A stretch of DNA of 30,608 bases from an uncultured Acidobacteriota bacterium (GTDB taxonomy: Bacteria; Acidobacteriota; Polarisedimenticolia; J045): positions 1 to 30,608 of the forward strand of contig CAVPCQ010000001.1 in NCBI GenBank assembly GCA_963702425.1, read 5' to 3'. The notes beneath the pieces are model-generated. The model did no database searches and was not told the DNA's origin. It saw only the letters and a program-made list of their open reading frames with translations. This document shows positions 18,490 through 27,105 of this stretch, piece after piece; the stretch's first letter is position 1, and each line of letters begins with the position of its first letter. Made by a program: the position numbers and the translations under genes.

Positions 18490-18515
18490 GGGCGGCCGGC
18501 GCGCGCCGGCCGCCC
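18490..18515. repeat. Perfect 26-bp GC palindrome
   Basis: GGGCGGCCGGCGC|GCGCCGGCCGCCC, located between the kbl remnant and the antitoxin-like remnant. Confidence 0.85.
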
Positions 18516-18596
18516 GATCGCTTCCTCCATGGTCACGTCCGGAGGCAACTGCTGTTCGACATCGAAGAGCTTCTGTCTCACGGTTGATGCGCTCTT
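18510..18596 (-). pseudogene. Possible 5' remnant of a small type II antitoxin
   Basis: Reads (AAG)SASTVRQKLFDVEQQLPPDVTMEEAIGR, preceded by GAGGG and a TACCAT -10-like box. It resembles LPxDxTxEE-type antitoxins paired with RelE/ParE toxins. AAG stands where the start codon would be. Confidence 0.4.
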
Positions 18597-18760
18597 GGGA
18601 AACCCTCGCGCAGAATGGTATCGGCGCTCCGGACGCGGGGTAACCGAGATCGTTCCTTCGCCGGGAGCCTCCCCGCAGTGGCCGTGCGGCCTTGCTGATC
18701 CTGGCCCGGGATCGCGGCGCGAGCGCAACGTCGTGAGCGGCTCGGCACGACCACCTTGCC

Positions 18761-18831
18761 TGGGCGCCGACCGCCTCATCACAAGAACGGTGACGACGGC
18801 CTTGGAGTGCACGATCTGTCCCTGGCGAGGG
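18761..18831 (+). repeat. Degenerate ~70-bp direct repeat, copy 1 (copy 2 at 23379-23448)
   Basis: Identical 20-mer TGGGCGCCGACCGCCTCATC, then patchy identity through to TGGCGAGGG. The copies translate as GADRLITRTVTTALE and GADRLIEATMATALE. Confidence 0.8.
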
Positions 18832-18860
18832 CTAGGCTGCCGACTCGGACGGAAGATACG

Positions 18861-18889
18861 TCGAGGGCGGGTCATCCGCCCGCCCTCGA
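18861..18889 (-). terminator. Probable intrinsic terminator of the FG-GAP gene
   Basis: Perfect 11-bp stem TCGAGGGCGGG/CCCGCCCTCGA with a 7-nt loop, ~30 bp past the stop, followed on the minus strand by CGTATCTT. Confidence 0.6.
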
Positions 18890-18916
18890 GCCCAAAGCCA
18901 TGAGGGGCGCCTCCGC

Positions 18917-21900
18917 TCAGGGGCAACGCTGCGACGACGCATTGATCTCCGCGTCGCGGCTGCCTGTCTGGCCGCCGCCGCTGTCGTCGTCGTATGTACC
19001 GTTCGCGGCACAGCTGCTGCCGCGAACGAGGTACCAGAAGCCGTCCTCGGCATCCGGAGTGTCCGAATCGAGAATGCGGGTTTCGCTGGTGTTGTTCGCG
19101 AGGCACTGAGTCGTCGCCTGCGTGAAGTCACCGCTCGTGCTCCTGAGGTACGACAGCCAACCGCGCACGGCGTCATATCTGGCGGCGTTCGCGATCGTCG
19201 TCCACGCCACGTCCGCGGACCCACTCTCGCGCGTGACGGTGACATGCGGCGAGCCCGTCGGAGTGCTGCCGATGCACCGGGTGCGGATGCTCGTCTCGCC
19301 GTTGGTGAATGCCGGCCCGGGAATCCACGGCCCATGCTTCACGAACGGTGAATCGCTCGAGTAGACCGGGCGAATCCGCCAGTGATATGCGGTGCCCTGG
19401 AACAGCCGGCGGGGGAAAGTGTCGCTGATGCGCACGCCACCCAGCCCCGTGTCAAGCCACGACGTGCTACTCGACCCGCTGCCGTCGAACGGCGCACCGA
19501 GCGGTTTCACCTCCTTCTCGAGCTTAACCTTCCCGCGTCCGAGGGGATTCTTGATCGTCAGCGCCACACGGAACCCGTCCGCGAGGTTCGACGCACCGAG
19601 CAACACGACAGGCAGCGTGTCATCCGTCCGCCGCTGTTGCGGCCGCGCGTTTGGCCGCAGCAGTCCTCCGTAGTGGAGGAATGCGTGTCCGCTTTCAACG
19701 TTCGGGCCATCGTAGTGGTAGGCTCCGACGAGCAGGTCCGGGACGCCGTCACCGTTGACATCGGCACTGCCCGCAACCGCGGCACCGAAGGAAGAGTCCG
19801 TCTGGTCGCTCTTCAGGATCATCGGTGATCCGCCACTGCTCGGATAGACGTACACGCCGCCCTTGCGCGATTGGGTGTCGTAGTAGCCCGGCACACCGAC
19901 CAACAACTCCGACTTGCCGTCTCCGTCAAGATCGCCCGCGCTGCCGACGGCCGCGCCGAAGTGCGCATAGCTCTCGACGATCGTCTTTTCGTCGTCGGGC
20001 ACGGAGGGGAGACCGGCGCTCGAACCGTGGAACACGACCACGTACCCCTGCTCCGGCTGGTCGATGCTGTAGTACGGTTGACCCACCACGAGATCCGAAT
20101 AGCCGTCTCCGTCGAGATCTCCAGCCGACGCGACGGCTGCGCCGAGTTGCGTGTTCCTTCCGGCCCGGGCGTAGTGCCAGTTGGACAAAGCCGTGAGCCC
20201 CGAGAGCGATCCGAACCACACGTCGACTCGTCCCGAATGGAACTGCGGGTTCGGGTCCGGCAAGACCCGGCCGGTGTAGAACGGTGATCCCACCGCGATG
20301 TCCGAAATGCCGTCCCCGTCAAGATCACCGGCACACGCCACGGCAGCACCGAAGCGCGACCCGTCCTGGACGCCGGTCAGCGTCCACGTCGGAGCCGTGC
20401 CGAAACCGGACGCAGATCCGGCATAGCCCTGCACCGTGCCCGCTCCGCTCCCGGGTTGCCCGACGACGAGATCCGCGTACCCGTCCCCGTTGACGTCGCA
20501 GTTGGTCGCGACCGCGGACCCGTACTGCGAGCCTGCCGTTCCCGGAATCCACCACCACGGCGTCGCCGCGAGGCCAGTTGGCCCTCCGAGGTAGAGTGGC
20601 GCGAACCCATTGTCGACCTGCCCGCTCACTGTATGGTGCGGTGCGCCGACGACGAGGTCGGCGTAGCCGTCGTTGTTCACGTCCCCCGCGAACGCAAGCG
20701 ATGTGCCAAATCCTTCGCCAACCTGCGTCCCGAAGGCGCTCCACGACGGTGAGGCCGCGGGACCGGCCGCGGCGCCATGCCACACCCACACGGCGCCCTC
20801 CCCACCGAGACCGACGTCGTAGTCGGGCACTCCGACGGCGAGGTCGGCAAAGCCGTCGCCGTTGGCATCACCCATGGCCACCGAATACCCGGCGTGCGCG
20901 TCGTCCTGCGCGAGTCCAGCGTTCCATGCCGCCGTCGACTTCATCCCGTCCCGCGAGCCGAGGTAGACCAGGGCCTTGCCCGTGCTTCCGCTGTAGCCGT
21001 ATGCCCCGATGATCACGTCGGAGTATCCGTCTCCGTTGACGTCGCCGGCTGTCGCGACGGCGGCACCGAACTTGTCACCATCTCCGGACGACTGGACCGA
21101 CCAGAACGGACTGGTCTGCACGCCGCTCGAGGACCCCGCGAAGGCGTACGCGGCCCCGTAGAACTCGGAGTCCTGGTTCCATTCCGGGGCACCGACGAGA
21201 AGGTCGGCATATCCATCCGCGTTGACATCTCCGGCAGTCGCCACCGCCGCACCGAAGCTGTCATCCCGACCCGTCCCCCAGAGGACTACGGCCGGTGTCG
21301 TGCTCGAGACGGACGCCGAGCCGTGATAGGCGAGCGCAGCTCCGGTGTTCATCCAGTAATTCGGCGGCTGCGGGTTGTCCGACAGCGGCGCGCCGACGAT
21401 CCAGTCCGCGTATCCATCGCCATTGATGTCGCCGGCGAATGCCAACGCCTCGCCGTAGCCATCGATCGAGTAGCCCGAACCGCTGCCATCGGACTGCCAC
21501 GCCGCGACTGTGTTGAGCCCGCCGGGTGCGCCGGTATGGAGGTAGGCTTTGGCAGTAGGATGAGCGCACGGCGTGGACGGGTGATCGACGATGAGTATGT
21601 CGCCGTAACCGTCGCCGTTGGCATCTCCGCCACCGGCGACGATGTGCCCGAGGTGGCAGGACGGCGATCCTTGGATCACGGTGCTCTGCGATGGTCCGGA
21701 CGCCGAGCCGAGATACGTGACAACAGCGCCATTGCTCACGTCTGGAGCACTGGCCACGAAGTCGGCGTATCCGTCGCCATTGATGTCGCCCGCAGGCGAG
21801 ACGCTGGCCCCGAAGTGCTGACCACCGTTGGTATTCTGGAATTGAAGCTTGACGGGCGAGCGGGTCCCGTCGATGCCGTTTGCGCCACCGTAGTAGAGCC

Positions 21901-22999
21901 ACACCTCGCCGACTTCGAGCGCGTACGACGTTACGGAGTCCTTGCGCGGGACGCCGACGACGATGTCGTCGTAGCCATCCCCATCCACGTCTCCCCCCGT
22001 GGACACCGCGTACCCGATCTGCTCCTCGGGACCGTCGCCGGCGTACGATGAATGGTCGGAGAAGTTCGCCGACGGTGATCCAAGACCGACATAGAAGGCG
22101 CCGTCGTACTTGCCGTCTGCCGCAGTGGTCTGGTGCGGCGCACCGTAGATGATGTCCGAGTAGCCGTCCTTGTTGACGTCACCGGCAGTACCGACGCTGT
22201 ATCCCAGCCAGGGAGCATAGTAGGAAGAGTGACCGGTGTCCTGCCATGCCGCAGTCGTTGCAAGCGGATCGACCGTGATCGGATAGCGTGCATCGCGGTC
22301 GTCCAGCACGATGCGCACGCCGGACTCGCCCGAATAGGAGAAGGGCTCCAGGTGCGCCGGCAGAGAACGATCGTCGGCATCCTTCACGACGAGGGAGCCG
22401 TAGTGGATCACCGGCCTTCCGTCAGGCGCGAGGAAATCGATCGCCTGGCCGTCGACGCTGTACCGCGGCGTAAGTGAGCCTGTCAGCGCGAGATCGAGCA
22501 GCACGGACGACGTGGCATGCTTGTCCGAGAGGGAGGCGGTCGTACCGGGCAGCTCATTCAGAGTGAAGCCCTGCTCGAGGCCGCGCGCATCGTTGACATA
22601 CCACTCTGAGAGCGTGCCCCGATCGTACTCGACCCGGTTGTCGTGGACGCTCAGGCGCGCCTCCGCTACGGCTTCCACTGCCCCGCGCCCCGCGCGCTGG
22701 AGCGTGAGCGCCCATTCCCACGGCGCACCGTCCGGACGTCGAGGAAGCACGCGGATGCCGGACGGCGTGAAGAACGTGCGGAAGCCCTGCGCACGATTCG
22801 GCGCCTGCCACGACGCGGCGAGTCCCTGTAGCGGCGTCGCGTTCGCCCATGTGATCTCGTACTCGGCGGTCTTGATCTGTAGCAGTACAGCGGCCAGCGG
22901 TGACTCCTGTTGACCCCGTGATCCAGGTGTCGATGCGTGAACGAGAAGGAAGCCGGACGCCAAGGCGAGCAGGGGAGTGAGGACAACCGCGCGCTTCAT
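18917..22999 (-). CDS. Secreted FG-GAP (integrin-alpha-like) beta-propeller protein with Cys-Pro-terminal domain (1360 aa)
   Basis: GGAGG before ATG 22999; signal peptide; N-domain ending YPITVDP. About 14 FG.AVA.AGD(V/L)(N/D)GDGY.D..VGAP repeats, enough for two 7-blade propellers. C-terminus VAW..YDAVRG..C..FWYLVRG..RCP*. Confidence 0.92.
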   Translation of the reverse strand: MKRAVVLTPLLALASGFLLVHASTPGSRGQQESPLAAVLLQIKTAEYEITWANATPLQGLAASWQAPNRAQGFRTFFTPSGIRVLPRRPDGAPWEWALTLQRAGRGAVEAVAEARLSVHDNRVEYDRGTLSEWYVNDARGLEQGFTLNELPGTTASLSDKHATSSVLLDLALTGSLTPRYSVDGQAIDFLAPDGRPVIHYGSLVVKDADDRSLPAHLEPFSYSGESGVRIVLDDRDARYPITVDPLATTAAWQDTGHSSYYAPWLGYSVGTAGDVNKDGYSDIIYGAPHQTTAADGKYDGAFYVGLGSPSANFSDHSSYAGDGPEEQIGYAVSTGGDVDGDGYDDIVVGVPRKDSVTSYALEVGEVWLYYGGANGIDGTRSPVKLQFQNTNGGQHFGASVSPAGDINGDGYADFVASAPDVSNGAVVTYLGSASGPSQSTVIQGSPSCHLGHIVAGGGDANGDGYGDILIVDHPSTPCAHPTAKAYLHTGAPGGLNTVAAWQSDGSGSGYSIDGYGEALAFAGDINGDGYADWIVGAPLSDNPQPPNYWMNTGAALAYHGSASVSSTTPAVVLWGTGRDDSFGAAVATAGDVNADGYADLLVGAPEWNQDSEFYGAAYAFAGSSSGVQTSPFWSVQSSGDGDKFGAAVATAGDVNGDGYSDVIIGAYGYSGSTGKALVYLGSRDGMKSTAAWNAGLAQDDAHAGYSVAMGDANGDGFADLAVGVPDYDVGLGGEGAVWVWHGAAAGPAASPSWSAFGTQVGEGFGTSLAFAGDVNNDGYADLVVGAPHHTVSGQVDNGFAPLYLGGPTGLAATPWWWIPGTAGSQYGSAVATNCDVNGDGYADLVVGQPGSGAGTVQGYAGSASGFGTAPTWTLTGVQDGSRFGAAVACAGDLDGDGISDIAVGSPFYTGRVLPDPNPQFHSGRVDVWFGSLSGLTALSNWHYARAGRNTQLGAAVASAGDLDGDGYSDLVVGQPYYSIDQPEQGYVVVFHGSSAGLPSVPDDEKTIVESYAHFGAAVGSAGDLDGDGKSELLVGVPGYYDTQSRKGGVYVYPSSGGSPMILKSDQTDSSFGAAVAGSADVNGDGVPDLLVGAYHYDGPNVESGHAFLHYGGLLRPNARPQQRRTDDTLPVVLLGASNLADGFRVALTIKNPLGRGKVKLEKEVKPLGAPFDGSGSSSTSWLDTGLGGVRISDTFPRRLFQGTAYHWRIRPVYSSDSPFVKHGPWIPGPAFTNGETSIRTRCIGSTPTGSPHVTVTRESGSADVAWTTIANAARYDAVRGWLSYLRSTSGDFTQATTQCLANNTSETRILDSDTPDAEDGFWYLVRGSSCAANGTYDDDSGGGQTGSRDAEINASSQRCP

Positions 23000-23454
23000 G
23001 GCATGACCTCCGGTTGGGATCGGCACGGTCCCGCGACGACAGAATCCGCCCGTTGCGCGAGTGCTTTCAACACCTGCAAGGGCGAATTACTTCTATTGTT
23101 TGCAGGCTACGCGAGAATGATTCCGGGTAAGCGATCGTGTCCTTTGCCTCAACTCGATCCCCATGAACCCCCAACAGCCCGCGCGCGGCGCCCTCGTACC
23201 TCGGAACAGAGTCTCCGGGAGGCTTCACCTTCGTCGTGCTCCCCGCCGTGGCCGCCGCATGCTCCTCTGCCATTCCGCCCCTATTCGCAGGCTGCCGGGC
23301 GTGTTCTCGCGCCGAGCCGACGTCATCTCCGGGCGCTGCTGTCGTCTCTCGGACTCGGCACGGCACTGGGACCTGGCATGGGCGCCGACCGCCTCATCGA
23401 AGCGACCATGGCGACTGCCCTGGAGACCGGGATTTTCCGTGGCGAGGGACCGGT

Positions 23455-24558
23455 TCAGGCGCCGACCTCCCCGCCCCCGTAGTACCTCCGCCCCAGCCAG
23501 AGCGCGACGTTCACGAGGCCGATGAGGACCGGCACCTCGACCAGCGGCCCGATCACCGCCGCGAAGGCGGCGCCGTGGTTGATGGTGAAGGTCGCGACGG
23601 CCACGGCGATCGCCAGCTCGAAGTTGTTCGACGCGGCGGTGAACGACAGCGCCGCGGTCTGGCCGTAGGTCGCACCGACCTTCCTGCTCATGAAGAAGGA
23701 GAGGAAGAACATCACCACGAAGTAGATCAGGAGCGGGAGGGCGATGCGGACCACGTCGAGCGGCAGCTCGACGATCTTCTCGCCCTTGAGCGAGAACATC
23801 ACGACGATCGTGAAGAGCAGCGCAACGAGCGTGATCGGGCTGATCTTCGGGATGAACCGGGTGTCGTACCAGCTCCTGCCCTTGAGCCTGATCAGCGAAA
23901 ACCGAGTGATGATCCCCGCCAGGAAGGGAATGCCGAGGTAGATGAAGACGCTCTCGGCGATCTCGCCGATCGTGATGTGGACGGCCACCCCCTGAAGACC
24001 CAGCCAGGTCGGCAGGATCGTGATGAAGAGGTAGGCGTAGACCGAGTAGAGGAAGACCTGGAAGACCGAGTTGAGGGCCACGAGCCCCGCGCAGTACTCG
24101 CTGTCGCCCCGGGCCAGGTCGTTCCAGACGATGACCATCGCGATGCAGCGGGCGAGTCCGATCAGGATCAGGCCGACCATGTACTCGGGCTTGTCGCGCA
24201 GGAAGAGCACCGCCAGGACGAACATCAGGATCGGGCCGATGATCCAGTTCTGGACCAGCGACAGCCCGAGGACCTTCGTGTTGCGGAAGACCCGGCCCAT
24301 CTCCTCGTACCGCACCTTCGCCAGCGGCGGGTACATCATCAGGATGAGCCCGATGGCGATCGGGATCGAGGTCGTCCCGACGTTGAACCGGTTGATGAAC
24401 GGCACGACGCCCGGAAACAGGAACCCCGCGCCGACCCCCACTGCCATCGCGAGGAAGATCCAGAGCGTGAGGTAGCGGTCGAGGAACGACAGGCGCTTCG
24501 CCACACCAGCCGCTTCGCGCGGGGCCGGGCCGTTCACGGCGGTAGATCCCCTGCTCAT
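23455..24558 (-). CDS. acr3: ACR3-family arsenite efflux transporter
   Basis: [67 protein letters not shown]. Confidence 0.97.
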   Translation of the reverse strand: MSRGSTAVNGPAPREAAGVAKRLSFLDRYLTLWIFLAMAVGVGAGFLFPGVVPFINRFNVGTTSIPIAIGLILMMYPPLAKVRYEEMGRVFRNTKVLGLSLVQNWIIGPILMFVLAVLFLRDKPEYMVGLILIGLARCIAMVIVWNDLARGDSEYCAGLVALNSVFQVFLYSVYAYLFITILPTWLGLQGVAVHITIGEIAESVFIYLGIPFLAGIITRFSLIRLKGRSWYDTRFIPKISPITLVALLFTIVVMFSLKGEKIVELPLDVVRIALPLLIYFVVMFFLSFFMSRKVGATYGQTAALSFTAASNNFELAIAVAVATFTINHGAAFAAVIGPLVEVPVLIGLVNVALWLGRRYYGGGEVGA

Positions 24559-24571
24559 CGAGTGCCTCCTG

Positions 24572-24814
24572 TCAGCGCGCGCCGGCCAGCCAGCCCGTGA
24601 TCTCGGCTTCCGTCGGAACCCGCCCCGAGCAGACCAGCTTCCCGTCGACGACGAGCCCCGGCGTGGCGAGGATCCGGTACTGCACGATCGCGCCCATGCC
24701 GGTGACCTTCTCGACCGACGCCTCGACGCCGAGGCCGGCCGCGGCCCGCGTCACGAGATCGGCCAGCCGCGAGCAGTTGGGGCACCCGGGTCCCAGGACC
24801 TTCACCTCGATCAT
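24572..24814 (-). CDS. arsE: Small thioredoxin-like redox protein (MTH895/ArsE family), 80 aa
   Basis: [44 protein letters not shown] 24814 overlaps the OsmC stop. Confidence 0.85.
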   Translation of the reverse strand: MIEVKVLGPGCPNCSRLADLVTRAAAGLGVEASVEKVTGMGAIVQYRILATPGLVVDGKLVCSGRVPTEAEITGWLAGAR

Positions 24815-25275
24815 CGGTGTCCCTCCTCGACGATCTCTATCGAAGGCTCGACGACGAGCGCGGACTTGATCGAGTTGGCGACCAGGCTGTATTTCTGCGC
24901 GCCCTCGAGCGCGCGGCGGGTCCGGGCCTCGACGACTGCCGGCGCTTCCGCCCCGGCCGCGACGCGGATGCGCGGCGTCAGCCGGACCTCCGTGAAGATC
25001 TCGGTCCGGTCGAACTCGATCCGCTTGGTCCCCTCGGCCCGGCACTCGTACGCCAGCAGCTCGAGCTTGAAGCGCTCGGCCGCCCAGACGAACATCAGCA
25101 TCACGCAGGTGTTGACCGCGGCGACGAACGCGTCCTCCGGCGTCAGGACCCCGGCATGGCCGTGGGCGTCAGGGGGCGCGGAGAACGTCATCTCCGGGCC
25201 GTTCCCCAGCGCCACCCGGCCGAGGTGCTCCCCGGTCCAGGTGACCGTCGCGTGGTAGATCGCGGTCCGGCTCAC
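24811..25275 (-). CDS. OsmC-family protein, 154 aa, second canonical Cys replaced by Ser
   Basis: GTG 25275 overlaps the upstream stop. YHATVTW..SAPP..G..TPEDAFVAAVNTCVM..FTEVRLTPRI..AQKYSLVANSIK. Confidence 0.85.
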   Translation of the reverse strand: MSRTAIYHATVTWTGEHLGRVALGNGPEMTFSAPPDAHGHAGVLTPEDAFVAAVNTCVMLMFVWAAERFKLELLAYECRAEGTKRIEFDRTEIFTEVRLTPRIRVAAGAEAPAVVEARTRRALEGAQKYSLVANSIKSALVVEPSIEIVEEGHR

Positions 25276-25727
25276 GGGCCGGCCGACGGCAGCGTCGCGG
25301 TGAAACGGCGCCCGCGCGGTGGCTTCAACAGCCCGTCGACGAGGGCGACCACCCGCGCGGCCGTCGCCTCGACCGCCTGCCGGCCCGCGTCGTTCAGGCG
25401 GCGCCGCCCCTCGACCGCCCCGATGCCGCACTCGGTCACCAGCTCGCTCACCACGACGGACGCCGCGGGCTCCGCCGAGTAGGTCGCGGTGCCGTGCGCG
25501 GCGCAGCGCTTCTCGCAGCCGTCGATCGTGACCGTCGGGTAGAAGCGCGCGAAGGCGCGGTCCCCTTCCCCGCCGGCGAGGAACAGCGGCAGGCAGATCG
25601 TCACCGTGTCCTCCGGGCGCAGCTCGTGCAGCACCCGCAGCGCCGCGAGGCGGGTCACGGTCCCCTCGGCGATCTCCTCGCCGGAGCAGGCCACGATCCC
25701 GACCTTGCGCTTCGGCAGCTCAGGCAT
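25272..25727 (-). CDS. DGC-domain putative zinc-binding protein 2 (151 aa)
   Basis: MPELPKRKVGIVACSG..TICLP..TIDGCEKRCA. GGAGGGG lies upstream of ATG 25727. Confidence 0.88.
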   Translation of the reverse strand: MPELPKRKVGIVACSGEEIAEGTVTRLAALRVLHELRPEDTVTICLPLFLAGGEGDRAFARFYPTVTIDGCEKRCAAHGTATYSAEPAASVVVSELVTECGIGAVEGRRRLNDAGRQAVEATAARVVALVDGLLKPPRGRRFTATLPSAGP

Positions 25728-26143
25728 CGGTCCCCTCCCTGCGGGCGTGCTCGTCGACGATCGCGGCGATCTCTTCGGCGAGAACGCGGGCAAGCTGCTG
25801 CCCGGCCTCGTTCAGCTCCGCGATCCCCTCCGGCTTCAGCTTCGGGTGGCGGCGGAAGGTGTCGATCACGGCCAGCTCGCGCACCGTCGCGCGCGCCGCT
25901 CGCCTTCGCCATCTTGGCCGCGCACGCCAGCTTGCAGCCGTCGATCGTCACGACCGGACGGCTCGCCACCGCGTCCCGCGCCTCCTCGTCGCCGAGGACC
26001 AGGCGCGAGAGCGCGACCAGGCGCGCGCGGCCCGGGCGCAGCGCCTCGACGACCTCGTAGGCGGCCTCGCGGCTGACGGAACCGAACGGCTTGCCGATCC
26101 CGCTGCACGGGATGACCACGGTCTCGCTGCTCGTCCGCTTCAT
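25720..26143 (-). CDS. DGC-domain putative zinc-binding protein 1, frameshifted in a (CG)n run at ~25888-25896
   Basis: MKRTSSETVVIPCSGIGK..TIDGCKLACAAKMAKASG continues in another frame as TVRELAVIDTFRRHPKLKPEGIAELNEAGQQLARVLAEEIAAIVD..TDA*. That tail aligns with LNDAGRQAVEATAARVVALVD of the neighbouring DGC protein. Confidence 0.8.
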
Positions 26144-26601
26144 CGCCCGCCGATCTCCTCTTCCGCGCGCCGCTTCATCAGCTCGAAGTAGGCCGGCGGC
26201 TCGAGCAGCGGCGGGCCGGCGGGGGCCGACGGGTCCAAGGCCACGCGGGCCATCCACCCCGCGCCGTAGGGGTCCTGGTTGATCCGCTCCGGGGCGAGAA
26301 CCAGCTCCGGGTTGACCTCGACGATCGTCCCGGCGACCGGGCTGCCCAGCTCGGTCACGATCTTGATCGTCTCGAAGTCGACGAACGGGTCGCCCGCGGC
26401 CAGGTGCGTCCCGGCCGGGCGCACGGTGGCGAAGGTCACGTCGCCGCTGCTCTGCTGCAGGTAGTCGCTCACCCCGAGGCGCATCGTGCCGTCCGACTCG
26501 GGGCGCGCCCAGACCCCTTCCGCGGTGTAGGCGCGGTCCCGCGCCACCCGCAGGATGAACTTGTCTATCCTTGCCTCGAGGTAATCCGGACCCTGCGTCA
26601 T
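26140..26601 (-). CDS. Glycine cleavage H-protein-like lipoyl carrier (153 aa)
   Basis: YTAEGVWA..LGVSDYLQQSSGDVTF..FETIK..SPVAGTIVEVNPEL..PERINQDPYGAGW. The lipoyl-Lys position is retained (codon 26362-26364). Confidence 0.9.
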   Translation of the reverse strand: MTQGPDYLEARIDKFILRVARDRAYTAEGVWARPESDGTMRLGVSDYLQQSSGDVTFATVRPAGTHLAAGDPFVDFETIKIVTELGSPVAGTIVEVNPELVLAPERINQDPYGAGWMARVALDPSAPAGPPLLEPPAYFELMKRRAEEEIGGR

Positions 26602-26640
26602 GCTCGCGATTCTCCGGGCGACGCGCCGAGGAACTTAGAG

Positions 26641-26666
26641 TACACTATTTCGGGAATTGGAGAAAT
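26641..26666. promoter_or_regulatory. Candidate ArsR operator and -10 box in the divergent promoter
   Basis: TACACT (26641-26646) is followed by the inverted repeat ATTTC-GGG-AATT-GGA-GAAAT (26647-26666), which overlaps the arsR start region. AT-rich island in GC-rich DNA. Confidence 0.65.
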
Positions 26667-26667
26667 G

Positions 26668-27105
26668 ATGCCGGCCTCGATCCCCTCGACCGCCTCGCGG
26701 CTGAAGGTCCTCGGCCACCCGGTCCGATTGCGCCTTCTGGCCGCGCTGGCGGCCGGGGAGCTGTGCGTCTGCCAGCTCACCGCCCTGCTCGGGCTCGCCA
26801 ACTCCACCGCGTCCGAGCACCTGGCGGAGCTGCGTGCGGCCGGGCTGGTCGTCGAGCGGAAGGACGGGCGCTGGGTCCTCTACCGGCTCGTCGAGCCGTC
26901 GTCCCGGCCGGCGTGGCTCGACGAGGTCCTGGAGGACCTCGTGCGCGACGCCCAGGTCGTCGAGGATCGCCGCATCCTGCGCTCGCTCCGGGCGATCCCC
27001 CTCGAGGAAGTCTGTCGCGCCGACCGCGATCTGGTCCGTCTCGGCATCGTCAAGCCCGCGCGCCGCGCGCCGCGGCCCAAACAGGTAAGGAGCAACGCTC
27101 GATGA
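26668..27105 (+). CDS. arsR: ArsR/SmtB-family repressor
   Basis: LKVLGHPVRLRLL..GELCVCQL..STASEHLAELRAAGLV..RKDGRWVLY. ELCVC is the As(III)-sensing box. Start is 26665 or 26668. Confidence 0.93.
   Translation: MPASIPSTASRLKVLGHPVRLRLLAALAAGELCVCQLTALLGLANSTASEHLAELRAAGLVVERKDGRWVLYRLVEPSSRPAWLDEVLEDLVRDAQVVEDRRILRSLRAIPLEEVCRADRDLVRLGIVKPARRAPRPKQVRSNAR

Noticed and set aside
18093-18903. ORFs 18093-18275 (-) and 18160-18903 (+) as genes
   Set aside because: They are chimeric read-throughs across the acr3 and kbl remnants and non-coding DNA.
23073-23106. Inverted repeat CCTGCAA..TTGCAGG as an IS end or operator
   Set aside because: Only 7 bp, with no transposase or partner end; it could be chance or part of the FG-GAP promoter.
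26140-26601. Canonical glycine cleavage system (gcvH with kbl nearby)
   Set aside because: No gcvT, gcvP or lpd is present, kbl is only a fragment 8 kb away, and the H-like gene is coupled to the ars-associated genes. The gene symbol was therefore withheld.
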